A DNA stretch of 54,712 nucleotides from Natronospirales bacterium (GCA_018971605.1 JAGXAL010000003.1:1-54712), one strand, 5' to 3'. Numbered from the stretch's first letter, positions 7,979 through 17,816 are shown. Notes: generated from the sequence alone by a model not told the origin. Translations and numbers: made by a program.

Positions 7979-8749
7979 TCAGAGGGCGGCGAGGCGGGCG
8001 TAATCGCCCGTGCTCAGGGTTTCCGGGCGGGCCGACGGGTTGAGGCCGGCCGCGCGGATCGCGGCTTCGTCGGCCAGGCCGCGCAGCGCGTTGCGCAGCG
8101 TCTTGCGCCGCTGGCTGAAGGCCTGATTGACGATTTTTGCAAAGCGTGACTGGTCGGCGATCTTGAAGGGAGGCGTGGCGTGGGGCGTGAGGCGCACGAA
8201 GGACGACTCTACCTTGGGAGCCGGCGTGAATGCTCCGGAGCCGATGTGGAACAGCGGCTCCACGCGACAGCGTGCCGCGAGCATCACGGTAAGCCGGCCG
8301 TAGTCTTTGCCGCCCGGTTTCGCGGCCATGCGCTGCACCACCTCTTTCTGCAGCATGAAGTGCATGTCGGCGATGGTCTGCGCCTGATCCAGCAGGTGGA
8401 ACAGCAACGGCGTGGAGATGTTGTAAGGCAGGTTGCCGATCAGGCGGATTTTTTCGCCCGGCGGCGCCAGCGTGCGGAAGTCGGTCTTGAGCGCATCGCC
8501 CTGGATGACGTGCAGTTCGCCCTTGCCCACCGCAGCGGCTTGCAGTTGCGGAATCACGTCGCGATCCAGTTCCACCGCGGTGAGTTGGCCGTGACGTTCC
8601 AGCAGCGGCAGCGTGAGCGCGCCGCGGCCGGGGCCGATTTCGACCAGCGAGTCACCGGGTTGCGGATTAATGGCCAGCAGGATCTTATTGATGATGTTGC
8701 GGTCGTGCAGGAAGTGCTGGCCGAAGCGTTTGCGGGGATGATGTTGCAT
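7979..8749 (-). CDS. rsmA: 16S rRNA m6,2A1518/1519 dimethyltransferase
   Basis: RKRFGQHFL, EIGPGRG, GNLPYNIS and MLQKEV. ATG 8749 chosen because the longer start lies inside a repeat. Confidence 0.97.
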   Translation of the reverse strand: MQHHPRKRFGQHFLHDRNIINKILLAINPQPGDSLVEIGPGRGALTLPLLERHGQLTAVELDRDVIPQLQAAAVGKGELHVIQGDALKTDFRTLAPPGEKIRLIGNLPYNISTPLLFHLLDQAQTIADMHFMLQKEVVQRMAAKPGGKDYGRLTVMLAARCRVEPLFHIGSGAFTPAPKVESSFVRLTPHATPPFKIADQSRFAKIVNQAFSQRRKTLRNALRGLADEAAIRAAGLNPSARPETLSTGDYARLAAL

Positions 8750-8757
8750 CGCAAATC

Positions 8758-8799
8758 CCCTCACCCTTGCCTCTCCCCCGCGGGGGAGAGGAGATAAGG
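8758..8799 (+). repeat. REP-like palindrome, family A
   Basis: CCCTCACCCTTGCCTCTCCCCCGCGGGGGAGAGGAGATAAGG between pdxA and rsmA. Confidence 0.8.
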
Positions 8800-8836
8800 A
8801 ATTTGGAAGTGGAGTATTGACACGGGCCGGTGATAT

Positions 8837-9835
8837 CTAGTTTTTCGCCTTTGACTTTCGAATGATCGCTAACGCCATTGCTACCGCAGCCTCCAGACTC
8901 GAATGCTCGGCGCGGCCGGTACCGGCGAGTTCCAGCGCGGTGCCGTGGTCCACGGAGGTGCGGATAATGGGCAGGCCGAGCGTGATGTTCACGGCGTGGC
9001 CAAAGCCGGCGTGTTTCAGCACCGGTAATCCCTGGTCGTGATACATGGCGAGCACGGCATCCGTGTTTTTGAGGCGCTCGGGGCTGAAGGCGGTGTCCGC
9101 AGCGACTGGGCCGGTAATGGACATGCCTTCGGCCCGTAGCGTTTCACACACCGGAGCGATCATCTCGATTTCCTCGCGGCCAAGATGGCCGCCCTCGCCG
9201 GCGTGTGGATTGAGACCGAGCACCAGGATGCGCGGCGCGGCGATGCCGAATTTGTCGCGCAGCTCCGCATGCAGCACGCGCAGGCTGTGGGTCACCGTAT
9301 CCCGCGTAATTGCACGTGGTACGTCTTTGAGTGGCAGGTGGGTGGTGGCGAGCGCTACGCGCAGCGTACCGGCGGTGAGCAGCATCACCGGGGGCGCTGC
9401 ATGACAGCGTGCAGCCAGATATTCCGTATGACCGGTGAAGGCGATGCCGGCGTCGTTGATAATCCCTTTGTGAATCGGTGCAGTTATCAGCGCGTCGAAT
9501 TCACTGCTGAGGCAGCCATCGATCGCGCGATCCAGCGTGTCCAGCACGTAACGGGCATTGACCGCATTGGGTTTGCCGGCAGTAACCGGTGCGCGCAGCT
9601 TCGCCGGCAGCACTTTCAGATGCCGCGCGGCTTGTGCAGAGCGCTTCGAGGGAACGTAGTCGTCCAGATGCAGATCAAGCTTTAATTGGTGCGCACGCGC
9701 GGCGAGCAATGCGGGATCGCCGATGGCCACGATATCGACGGCATGTGCGTTTTGCGTGAACGCGATGCAAATGTCCGGGCCGATACCCGCAGGCTCGCCG
9801 GTGGTGAGCGCGACGCGCGGGAGCGGTGCAGGCAT
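8837..9835 (-). CDS. pdxA: 4-hydroxythreonine-4-phosphate dehydrogenase
   Basis: GEPAGIGP, GHTEYL, NPHAGE, MYHDQGL and RTSVDHGTA. Confidence 0.97.
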   Translation of the reverse strand: MPAPLPRVALTTGEPAGIGPDICIAFTQNAHAVDIVAIGDPALLAARAHQLKLDLHLDDYVPSKRSAQAARHLKVLPAKLRAPVTAGKPNAVNARYVLDTLDRAIDGCLSSEFDALITAPIHKGIINDAGIAFTGHTEYLAARCHAAPPVMLLTAGTLRVALATTHLPLKDVPRAITRDTVTHSLRVLHAELRDKFGIAAPRILVLGLNPHAGEGGHLGREEIEMIAPVCETLRAEGMSITGPVAADTAFSPERLKNTDAVLAMYHDQGLPVLKHAGFGHAVNITLGLPIIRTSVDHGTALELAGTGRAEHSSLEAAVAMALAIIRKSKAKN

Positions 9836-9857
9836 GGCGTGGGCGCTGCGGCTCCGC

Positions 9858-11261
9858 TCAGCTTTCCAGATGGTATTCGATGAAGGCCGAATCCTTGAGC
9901 TGGCTCAGCCACTGCTGGATGATTTCCTCGGATTTGCGCGAGTAGAGGGCGTCATAGGCCTTGTTCTGCGCGTATTCGGCGGTTTGGTCCACGGTGCGCC
10001 GGCCCAGCACCTGCACGATGTGCCAGCCGAATTGGGTCTTGAACGGCTCGCTGATCTGGCCGACCTGAAGCTTGTCCATTTGCTCCTGGAAGGCCGGCAC
10101 GGTGGCGCCCGGGTCCAGCCAGCCAAGATCGCCGCCATTGCTGCCCGAACCCGGATCCGCGGAATATTGCTTGGCGAGTGTGGCGAAGTCGGCGCCGGCG
10201 AGAATTTCCTTGCGCAGCTCTTCGAGTTTGGCCTTGGCCTGGGCGTCGCTCATGATGGCGCTGGTGCGAAGCAGGATGTGGCGCGCGTGGGTTTGCGTGA
10301 CTTCCTGCTTGCTGATTGCGGCGATTTTCACGTCATCCAGCTTGACGATGTGGAGGCCGCTGGGGCTGGAAATCGGCTCGCTGATGTCGCCTGCGTGCAT
10401 CTGGCGCACGGCATCCGCGAAGATCGTGGGTAACTCGGAGCCCTTGCGCCAGCCGAGATCGCCGCCCTTGAGCGCCTGCTGTCCCTGGGAGTATTGCACT
10501 GCGGTAGCAGCGAAGTCCGCACCGTGCTTGAGCTTCTGGTAAACCTCGTCGGCCTTGCTGCGCGCCGCCGCCACCTGTTCGGGCGTGGGATCGGCAGGAA
10601 TGGTGATCAGGATCTGCGACAGGTGATATTGGTTGTTAGCATCGCCGTTGGCGGTGTCGGCTTCAATCTGGGCTTGCACCTCGCGCGGGGTGATGTGCAT
10701 CTGGTCGTTGACCACCTGCTGTTCCAACTGGCGGATGATCAATTGGTCGCGCAGGTCCTTGCGGAAATCCGTGTAACTCAGGCCTTGCTCCTCAAGCTTT
10801 TTCGGCAACTGCGCCAGCGTGATGCCGTTGCGCTCGGCGATGCGGCTCAGATTCTGGTTGACGATGTCGTCGCTCACGTTGACGCCCTTGCTGTCGGCCA
10901 TCTGCAGCTCGATGCGCGTCATGACCATCTGGTCGAGCACCTGCTTGCGCAGCACGTCCGCGGGCGGCAGCGCCGTGCCTTCCGCCTGGATCTGGCGGGT
11001 GATATCCGCAACGCGCTGATCCAGTTCGCTCTTGAGGATTACTTGGTCATTGATGACCGCCACCACGCGGTCGAGCAGCACGCCGGTGTGATCGGCCTTG
11101 GCGATGGCCGCGGCCACGGCAGTCGCCTGGGCCGGCGCCTTGTTCATCACTGCGGTGGCGCTGACATCCGGGTTGGGCTTGGGCCTGTTGGAGGCACAAC
11201 CTTGGGCCAGCAGCAGCGCAGCGGCCAGCGCGACGGCCAGGAAGCGGGCGGATTTCTGCAT
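9858..11261 (-). CDS. surA: Periplasmic chaperone/parvulin PPIase SurA, with possible lipoprotein N-terminus
   Basis: LDRVVAVIN start of the SurA-N domain, two parvulin domains (GGDLGW twice), position between lptD and pdxA. Confidence 0.95.
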   Translation of the reverse strand: MQKSARFLAVALAAALLLAQGCASNRPKPNPDVSATAVMNKAPAQATAVAAAIAKADHTGVLLDRVVAVINDQVILKSELDQRVADITRQIQAEGTALPPADVLRKQVLDQMVMTRIELQMADSKGVNVSDDIVNQNLSRIAERNGITLAQLPKKLEEQGLSYTDFRKDLRDQLIIRQLEQQVVNDQMHITPREVQAQIEADTANGDANNQYHLSQILITIPADPTPEQVAAARSKADEVYQKLKHGADFAATAVQYSQGQQALKGGDLGWRKGSELPTIFADAVRQMHAGDISEPISSPSGLHIVKLDDVKIAAISKQEVTQTHARHILLRTSAIMSDAQAKAKLEELRKEILAGADFATLAKQYSADPGSGSNGGDLGWLDPGATVPAFQEQMDKLQVGQISEPFKTQFGWHIVQVLGRRTVDQTAEYAQNKAYDALYSRKSEEIIQQWLSQLKDSAFIEYHLES

Positions 11262-11276
11262 GGAACAAAACCTGAA

Positions 11277-13514
11277 TTACTGCGGAGGGGTAGTGTCGGA
11301 ATAGCCTAGGATACCATTTTGCAGGAAGTCTTCGAGATGCCGGCCGATGCTGGTGAGTCCCTTGAGCTGCAATTGGAAGAAGATCGCGGTGTTGGCCTGG
11401 CCGGTCTGGGTGATGTAGCGGCGGTGCACGATCTGGAAGGCCCAGCAGCAACTGTCGTATTCGAAGCCGGCGAAACTTTCCAGCGTGAGCTTGTTCTGCA
11501 CGTCATAGTTCCAGCGGCCCACCACACTCCAGTGCCGGCCGAGCGGCCAGGCAAAGGAAACATCGGTTTGCTTCAGGTTGAGTGCGCGGTTGTAACGGTA
11601 GGCCAGATTGAGCACCTGATGAAAGGCCGGGTGATACTGCAGGCCCACCGAGGCCAGGTCAGTTTGGCGCGTGGCCGGATCCCATTGCTGGCCGTAGCTG
11701 GTGGACCAGTTGTTGTTCAGGTTGAGGATCAGGTCGCCGACCACGTCGGAAAACAGATTGGTCTGCGGCGCCACGCCCGGCAACTGCACGTCGCGATTGC
11801 GGAAATAGCGGATCTGGCCGAGATCGGCTTCCAGCAGTTCCGAGCCGTCGCTGGCGTCCAGCAGGCGGCTGGTGAGCGCGTAGCTCAACTGGTTGGCGTC
11901 TGCCTGGCGGTCGGCACCGTAGAAACTGTTGTCGGTGAATAATTGCAGAAAGCTGAACTGCGGCTGGATGGTGTCGAACAGCGGAATCTGGCTCTGGTCG
12001 CGGTAAGGCACGTACAGGTAAAAGAGGCGCGGTTCCAGAGTTTGCAGGTAGCTACTGCCGATGTTGCGTTGAAAGAACAGGCCGCTGTCGAGGCTCAGGA
12101 TGGGTGTGACGCGCGACAAGTTGCTCTGCATGCCGGCGGGAACGTTCTGGTTGAAGTCGTACTCGGTGACGCGCATGGCTGCCGTGGGCGTGAAGTACCA
12201 GGCGGCGGCGCCGAAGCTGTAACTGGCGCTGGGTTTGAGGTCGAGGCGCGCCGCGCCAATGCGTTCATCCTGCTGGAACTGGTCGAATTCCGTGTTCAGG
12301 GAAAATTGCGCGGCTCCCAAATCCGGGCTGCTTTGCCAGTTGAGCAGCGCTTGTGGCAGGCGCTTGTAGGGGTAGCTCGCGGGCGGGACCGTGGGGTCCA
12401 CCACCTGCCATTCCTGCAACTGGGTGAGAAAAGTCCAGTCGGAAGTCGGTTGGCCGTAACTCACGGCCAAGTGCCGTTCTTGCGTGGTGGTGGCGATGGT
12501 CGCGAGGCTGTCGCCCAAGTCCTGAAAATACAGATTATCGGACACCCAGTTGTAGGCAGTATTGAAATTCCAGCCGGTGGCCAGCGGCGTGCTGTCGGAA
12601 AAGTTCAACAAGCCGCGTTCACGGTCGGCGAGCTTGTCGTGCGGCAGGAAGGCAGTGTCAATCTGTCCTTGGCTGCCGCCGAAAGTGAGCCAGCGGAATT
12701 CGCCGCCCAGGTCCACGCCGCGCTTGGTGATGATGCGTGGTACGAAGGTGGCGTCATAATTGGGCGCCAGATTGAAATAATACGGCGTGCTCAGATCGGT
12801 GCCGGTAAAAGTGGAAAAGCCGAACGACGGATCCAAAAATCCGGACTTGCGCGCGTCGTTCAGCGGAAAGTTGATGTACGGCGTCCAGAAGATCGGCACG
12901 CCGAAGAAATCAATGGTGACGTTGTGGCCCACGCCGGTGTTGGTGGCCTGATTGAGCTCCAGGTCCGGCGCATTCAGCATCCAGTCGCGGCTGCCGACCG
13001 GGCAGGTGGTGTAATGCACGTCGCTCAGCACGTCGTGGTCCGGGTCGAGCGCCTTCAGCAACTTGGCGCTGCCGCGTCCGTGGCGCTGCGGCAGGCTGAA
13101 TTCGGCGTCATTGAACACGCCGCTGGAGTTGTTGAAGTTGTAATCCGCCGTCGGCCCGCGCAACTCCATATTGGGTGAGACAAAGTGCACATTGCCGCTG
13201 GCGTGGGTGTCGCCGCTAGCGCTGTTGTATTGCATTTGCGCGGCGGTCATCTGCCTGTTGCCCTGGGTGGCGTGGACGTTGCCGCTGAGCAGGGATTCGC
13301 CGTGCACGTAGCCGGCGAGATGATCGGCGCTGACGTGCGTCGGCGCATTGGCGCTGACGGCAGCCGGCGCGGGCGTGTGCGTGGCGGCCGCAGATGCGGG
13401 TATCGGACAGGTGGCCCACTGGTTATAGCCGATAGTGCCCGGAGGGTTGTCGGCGAACAGCGGCGTGCAGGCAAGCAGGGCGGCGGCAATGAGCAGCGCG
13501 CGGCTCACGTTCAC
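11277..13514 (-). CDS. lptD: LPS-assembly protein LptD
   Basis: YTTCP, RKSGFL, PYYFNLAPNYD, DRQADANQ and YDSCCW. GTG 13514 has GGGAG upstream; start uncertain. Confidence 0.95.
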   Translation of the reverse strand: MNVSRALLIAAALLACTPLFADNPPGTIGYNQWATCPIPASAAATHTPAPAAVSANAPTHVSADHLAGYVHGESLLSGNVHATQGNRQMTAAQMQYNSASGDTHASGNVHFVSPNMELRGPTADYNFNNSSGVFNDAEFSLPQRHGRGSAKLLKALDPDHDVLSDVHYTTCPVGSRDWMLNAPDLELNQATNTGVGHNVTIDFFGVPIFWTPYINFPLNDARKSGFLDPSFGFSTFTGTDLSTPYYFNLAPNYDATFVPRIITKRGVDLGGEFRWLTFGGSQGQIDTAFLPHDKLADRERGLLNFSDSTPLATGWNFNTAYNWVSDNLYFQDLGDSLATIATTTQERHLAVSYGQPTSDWTFLTQLQEWQVVDPTVPPASYPYKRLPQALLNWQSSPDLGAAQFSLNTEFDQFQQDERIGAARLDLKPSASYSFGAAAWYFTPTAAMRVTEYDFNQNVPAGMQSNLSRVTPILSLDSGLFFQRNIGSSYLQTLEPRLFYLYVPYRDQSQIPLFDTIQPQFSFLQLFTDNSFYGADRQADANQLSYALTSRLLDASDGSELLEADLGQIRYFRNRDVQLPGVAPQTNLFSDVVGDLILNLNNNWSTSYGQQWDPATRQTDLASVGLQYHPAFHQVLNLAYRYNRALNLKQTDVSFAWPLGRHWSVVGRWNYDVQNKLTLESFAGFEYDSCCWAFQIVHRRYITQTGQANTAIFFQLQLKGLTSIGRHLEDFLQNGILGYSDTTPPQ

Positions 13515-13592
13515 CGGCAAACTCCCGGAGCGATGGTTGACACGGGGTACAATCGCACACTTTATTGGCGGGTTCAAACTCGGGAGTCGCCG

Positions 13593-14588
13593 GTGGCGGT
13601 GGAACGCTTACAGGAATTGCGCGTCTGGACAGCGCAGGCGTTGCGACTTGCGGCGGTTGATTTGCAGGCGCTGCCGGCGGATGCCAGTTTCCGCCGCTAT
13701 TTCCGGGTACGGGATGGTGCGCGTTCGTTTATTGTCATGGACGCGCCGCCACCCCAGGAGAATTGCCGGCCGTACGTGCAGGTAGCCGGTCTGCTCAAGA
13801 CGGCCGGTGTGCATGCCCCGGAGATTCTGGCCCAGGATTTGGCGCGCGGGTTTCTGTTGCTCAGCGATCTCGGGCGGCAAAGCTATCTTGAAGCCTTGAA
13901 GAATGGCAATCCCGACGAATTGTTTGCGGATGCCATTGACGCGCTGATCCGTTGGCAGCGCGCCAGCCGCCCCGGGGTATTGCCGGTTTACGACCGCGCG
14001 CTGCTGCGCCGCGAATTGAACCTGTTCCCTGAGTGGTACCTGGCGTGGCACCTTGGCGTGACGCTCGGCGCGAACGAGCAGGCCGGGCTGGAAGGCGTAT
14101 TTCAATTGCTGGAGGACAGCGCCCTGGCTCAGCCTCAGGTATATGTGCATCGCGATTACATGCCGCGCAACCTGATGGTGGCCGTGCCCAATCCGGGCGT
14201 GCTGGATTTCCAGGACGCGCTCTTTGGTCCGATCACTTATGACATTGCCACGCTGTTCAAGGACGCCTTCATTTCCTGGGATGCCGGGCAGATTCTGCGC
14301 TGGCGTCGCCAATATTGGCAGCAGGCGCGGCAGGCTGGATTGCCGCTGCCGGACTTTGACGAATTTGAGCGCGCCTGCGACTGGATGGGCATGCAGCGGC
14401 ACTTCAAGGTACTCGGGATTTTCGCACGCCTGCGTTACCGCGACGACAAACGGGGTTATCTCGAAGATACGCCGCGGTTTTTGAATTACGTACGCACTAC
14501 CGCGCGCCAGTACCACGCGCTTGCCTCGCTGTTGCCGGTGCTGGACGTTGTGGAGAGCCGCACACAGACTGGGGTTTGCGCGTCGTGA
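13593..14588 (+). CDS. amgK: Anomeric MurNAc/GlcNAc kinase (APH family)
   Basis: DASFRRYFR, MDAPP, HRDYMPRNL and LDFQDA; divergent from lptD and coupled to murU. GTG 13593 follows GGGAG. Confidence 0.9.
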   Translation: MAVERLQELRVWTAQALRLAAVDLQALPADASFRRYFRVRDGARSFIVMDAPPPQENCRPYVQVAGLLKTAGVHAPEILAQDLARGFLLLSDLGRQSYLEALKNGNPDELFADAIDALIRWQRASRPGVLPVYDRALLRRELNLFPEWYLAWHLGVTLGANEQAGLEGVFQLLEDSALAQPQVYVHRDYMPRNLMVAVPNPGVLDFQDALFGPITYDIATLFKDAFISWDAGQILRWRRQYWQQARQAGLPLPDFDEFERACDWMGMQRHFKVLGIFARLRYRDDKRGYLEDTPRFLNYVRTTARQYHALASLLPVLDVVESRTQTGVCAS

Positions 14589-15259
14589 AGGCCATGATCC
14601 TTGCGGCCGGCAGAGGCGAGCGCCTGCGGCCGCTGACCGACACGTTACCCAAGCCTTTGATCGTGGTGCACGGTCAGACGCTCATCGAGCGGCATTTGCA
14701 GGCGCTGAGCGTGGCAGGCTTTCACGAGATCGTGATCAACGTCTTCTGGCTGGCGGATAAAATCAAAAAGCATTTGGGTGACGGCTCGCGTTATCGTGTG
14801 CGTATCCGGTATTCCGAAGAGCCGGAAGGCGCGTTGGACACCGGAGGCGGAATTCTCAAGGCGCTGCCCTTGTTGGGCGCCGGTCCGTTTCTGGTCGTCA
14901 GCGCCGATATCTACACGGATTTTCCGCTTGCCAATCTGAAAACTGCGTTGGCCCATGCGGATTTCGCGCACTTGGTAATGGTGCCGAATCCGTCGCATCA
15001 TCGCGAGGGTGATTTTGTTCTGGATGCCCAAGGCCGGTTGCATGCCGACGGTCGTCCGCGTCTCACTTACGCCGGCATCGGCATGCACCGCCCGGAATTT
15101 TTCAGCGAATGTTCGCCGGGGCGGTTTTCGATGCTGCCCTGGTGGCAGCGGGCCATGCGTGCGGGACGTGTGAGCGGGGAGCTGTACGACGGCGACTGGC
15201 AGGACATCGGCACGCCGGAAAGTCTGCGTGCCTTGAACGCTCTTAGTTCTGATTCGTAG
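14585..15259 (+). CDS. murU: N-acetylmuramate alpha-1-phosphate uridylyltransferase
   Basis: KAMILAAGRGERLRPLTDTLPKPL and WQDIGTPE; GTGA overlap with the amgK stop. Confidence 0.92.
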   Translation: MKAMILAAGRGERLRPLTDTLPKPLIVVHGQTLIERHLQALSVAGFHEIVINVFWLADKIKKHLGDGSRYRVRIRYSEEPEGALDTGGGILKALPLLGAGPFLVVSADIYTDFPLANLKTALAHADFAHLVMVPNPSHHREGDFVLDAQGRLHADGRPRLTYAGIGMHRPEFFSECSPGRFSMLPWWQRAMRAGRVSGELYDGDWQDIGTPESLRALNALSSDS

Positions 15260-16943
15260 CAATCCCGAAATACGGACTGGCGGCGTTGGTGCCGATCAGC
15301 AGAAATTCACTGGAGTTGATTGGGTAAATCGCAAACGGCGAACCGCCGCCGCTGCTGTTGATTGTAGCCGTGCCGCGGGCCCCGCCATTAAGCATGTAAT
15401 TGCCGCCCAGCGATAGCATTGATGATACGTTGCCACTCAGGTTCTGGAGCATTTGGCCACGGAGATTGCCGTTGCCGTCGAGTCCGAGTGTGCCCACGGC
15501 AGCGGATAAATTCGCAGCGCTGGTCTGGCTGCCAAGAGCGAAACCGAAAACACCTTTGAGGAAGGAGTTGTTGAAGGTACTGCCCTGGGTTTGCATTACG
15601 ATGTAGCCGCCCGCGGCAATCGCCGAATTGGTGGTGATGAACTCGGCCAACTGCGGCGACAGCATGTAGAACACATAGTTTTGCGGCGTCGTATTTCCGG
15701 GATTGTTCAACGTCAACGTGCCGCGGCCATTGACATTGGCATCGGCACTGTAGGTGCCCGTTATAGTTGCATCGCTCTGGACATTACCCGGCATGTTGAT
15801 GTCGGTAGTGACGGTCCCGAGACTGCCCAAACCGTTGGGGTTGAACTGGCCGGCCTGCACGTAGTATTGGGTGGTACTGTTGCCATTGATCAGGAATACG
15901 TATGGCCCGCTGAGCGATGAATTAGCGTAGGTTTGTGGCGCCTGTGCGGAGAGATTGCCGTTGGCGGTCACGCCAGGATCATCGGACAGCAGCGCGAAAT
16001 CCGAGGCCGATGCCACATAGAAACTGTAAACATGATTGCCGTTACTGTCCTTGATGGTCAGCGTGCCATGGTTATTGCCATCGAATGCGTAGCTGCCGGT
16101 GTAGGAAGTGCGGGACAGCGGCTTGGATCCGTTGACATCTTCAAAACCGGAAATGCTGGTGCCGTTCACGGTACTGATAAGGGCAAGCTGGTCGAAGCCC
16201 TGGGCACCGGTTTGGCCGCCAGTATTGAGTATCAGCGGCGCGTTGAACGCTGAAACATTGCCTGCTGCAGGATCCTGAACCGACAGTGACCCGGTGAGCG
16301 TTGTGCCATTGCTGGTACTCAACAGGAAGGCTTGCCCGTTTGCCTGCATGGACAGTTCGAAATTCAGATTGTCGAGGGCAAGGCTGCCGCTACCGTCGGG
16401 ATTGATGCTGTAGCTGCCAGTGAATACGGCCTTGGTTTGTATCGCCGTTCCGTTGTTGATGTCTTGCAGGCCGGAACTGATCTGACCGGTGCCGTTGGCA
16501 GTGAATTCTCCTATGGCGAACCACGGTGCGCCCTGGTTGTTGCCGCTGAGCGCAAACACGTAACCGCCCTCCAGCGAAGCGTTCGCATAGGCGATCATGA
16601 GCGTGGCGGAACCGGAAGCGCCGCTGTTGCCTTGCTCGATCGCGGTGATGGTTACTTTGCCGCCGGCAGGAGGCAGGTTGGGCGCCGTGTAAAGTCCGGT
16701 TGACGAAATGGTGCCGAGATTGCTGCTGCCGCCAGCAACACCGTTCACCTGCCACACAAACGCCGTGCCGCCGTCGCTGGCCGTGGCCGTCATCTGTTGG
16801 GTGGCACCCGCCAGCACTTGCATGCCTGAGGGCGAGACGCCGACGCCCGTGGAAGCGGTAGAGCCTCCGGAACCGCCGCAGGCGGCAAGCGCCAGGGTGA
16901 CGGCGATCAGGGCAAAAAATCCAGTTTGCGAAGACATGTGCAT
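15243..16943 (-). CDS. Uncharacterised lipoprotein: Ig-like domain + four ~110-aa beta-rich repeats
   Basis: Lipobox LAAC-GGSGG; Ig-like segment (WQVNGVAGG...GTISSTGLYTAP); repeats start ANASLEGGYVF, NVSAFNAPLIL, ANSSLSGPYVF and NNSFLKGVFGF. Confidence 0.8.
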   Translation of the reverse strand: MHMSSQTGFFALIAVTLALAACGGSGGSTASTGVGVSPSGMQVLAGATQQMTATASDGGTAFVWQVNGVAGGSSNLGTISSTGLYTAPNLPPAGGKVTITAIEQGNSGASGSATLMIAYANASLEGGYVFALSGNNQGAPWFAIGEFTANGTGQISSGLQDINNGTAIQTKAVFTGSYSINPDGSGSLALDNLNFELSMQANGQAFLLSTSNGTTLTGSLSVQDPAAGNVSAFNAPLILNTGGQTGAQGFDQLALISTVNGTSISGFEDVNGSKPLSRTSYTGSYAFDGNNHGTLTIKDSNGNHVYSFYVASASDFALLSDDPGVTANGNLSAQAPQTYANSSLSGPYVFLINGNSTTQYYVQAGQFNPNGLGSLGTVTTDINMPGNVQSDATITGTYSADANVNGRGTLTLNNPGNTTPQNYVFYMLSPQLAEFITTNSAIAAGGYIVMQTQGSTFNNSFLKGVFGFALGSQTSAANLSAAVGTLGLDGNGNLRGQMLQNLSGNVSSMLSLGGNYMLNGGARGTATINSSGGGSPFAIYPINSSEFLLIGTNAASPYFGIATNQN

Positions 16944-16994
16944 GCGATTGCCAGCCGTGGCTGCAATCTTACACCCAGGGGCGCACGATACGGT

Positions 16995-17816
16995 TTACTG
17001 CAATTTGACTTCCACGGTGTGGGCCGCGTTCAGACCGAAGATCCCGAGTTCCAGATAGGTGCCGGCGGCGCCGCCGAAATTCCCCGAAATGGACGCCGAG
17101 CTGAGGAATCCCAGCCCATTCATGACACCCGGGCAGCCGCTGCCGCTGGCGGTCCAGTTCACGTAGAACAGATTGGTCTGCGGGTCCTGCTGCACCAGCG
17201 TGCCGGCGAGCGTGCAACCGTTGGCATCGTTGCCGGTGAAGCTGCCGTTGCCTGCGAAGTTGAGGGCCACGGCAGCCGGGGTTTTGCCGAGATAGTAACC
17301 GTCCCATTGGCCTTGCAACCCGGCCAGCGACGGCGTGCTGCTGTAAGGTGTGTTGGTGTTCAGCGTGAAATTGCCGTTCAGGCCGGTAGCTGTGGTGGTG
17401 GGAGGACTGCCAACCAGGGCATAGGACGTCAGCGTGGCCTGCATCGAAGTGGAAGTGCCGGAGGACGCATAAGTTCCCTTCACTATGAAGGGCACCACGC
17501 CGCTGACAATCGGGAAGTTCGTGCCGGGCGCGGGAGTTCCGATCAGTATCGAAGTGAAGGGTGCGGTGTTGGGTACTGATTGCAGCATGAAAATATTGCC
17601 CTGGCTGTCGGCAAAATAACCGAAGCCGCCCGCCGATACGGCGCCAGCGACCGCAATCTGGCTGCCGCCGTTGAGGTTGTAGGTTCCCGCCCACGGGCCG
17701 GGCACCACTTCCAGAATGGGCGTGGGCGGAGCGGATGACTTGCTGGAACTCCCGCAGCCCGCGAGCGCGGCGGCGGCCAGCAGCATTACCAGGATAGCGG
17801 ATCGGTTCATGTACAT
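16995..17816 (-). CDS. Uncharacterised beta-rich lipoprotein
   Basis: Lipobox LAGC-GSSS; G/S/T/N-rich; two units beginning GPWAGTY and GQWDGYY; one internal Cys pair. Confidence 0.78.
   Translation of the reverse strand: MYMNRSAILVMLLAAAALAGCGSSSKSSAPPTPILEVVPGPWAGTYNLNGGSQIAVAGAVSAGGFGYFADSQGNIFMLQSVPNTAPFTSILIGTPAPGTNFPIVSGVVPFIVKGTYASSGTSTSMQATLTSYALVGSPPTTTATGLNGNFTLNTNTPYSSTPSLAGLQGQWDGYYLGKTPAAVALNFAGNGSFTGNDANGCTLAGTLVQQDPQTNLFYVNWTASGSGCPGVMNGLGFLSSASISGNFGGAAGTYLELGIFGLNAAHTVEVKLQ

Noticed and set aside
8818-8843. Perfect TTGACA suggesting an antisense promoter into pdxA
   Set aside because: No acceptable -10 at 16-18 nt spacing.
13185-13592. N-terminal extension of the 467-aa AmgK ORF
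   Set aside because: Overlaps the lptD 5' end on the other strand; homology and a ribosome binding site point to 13593.
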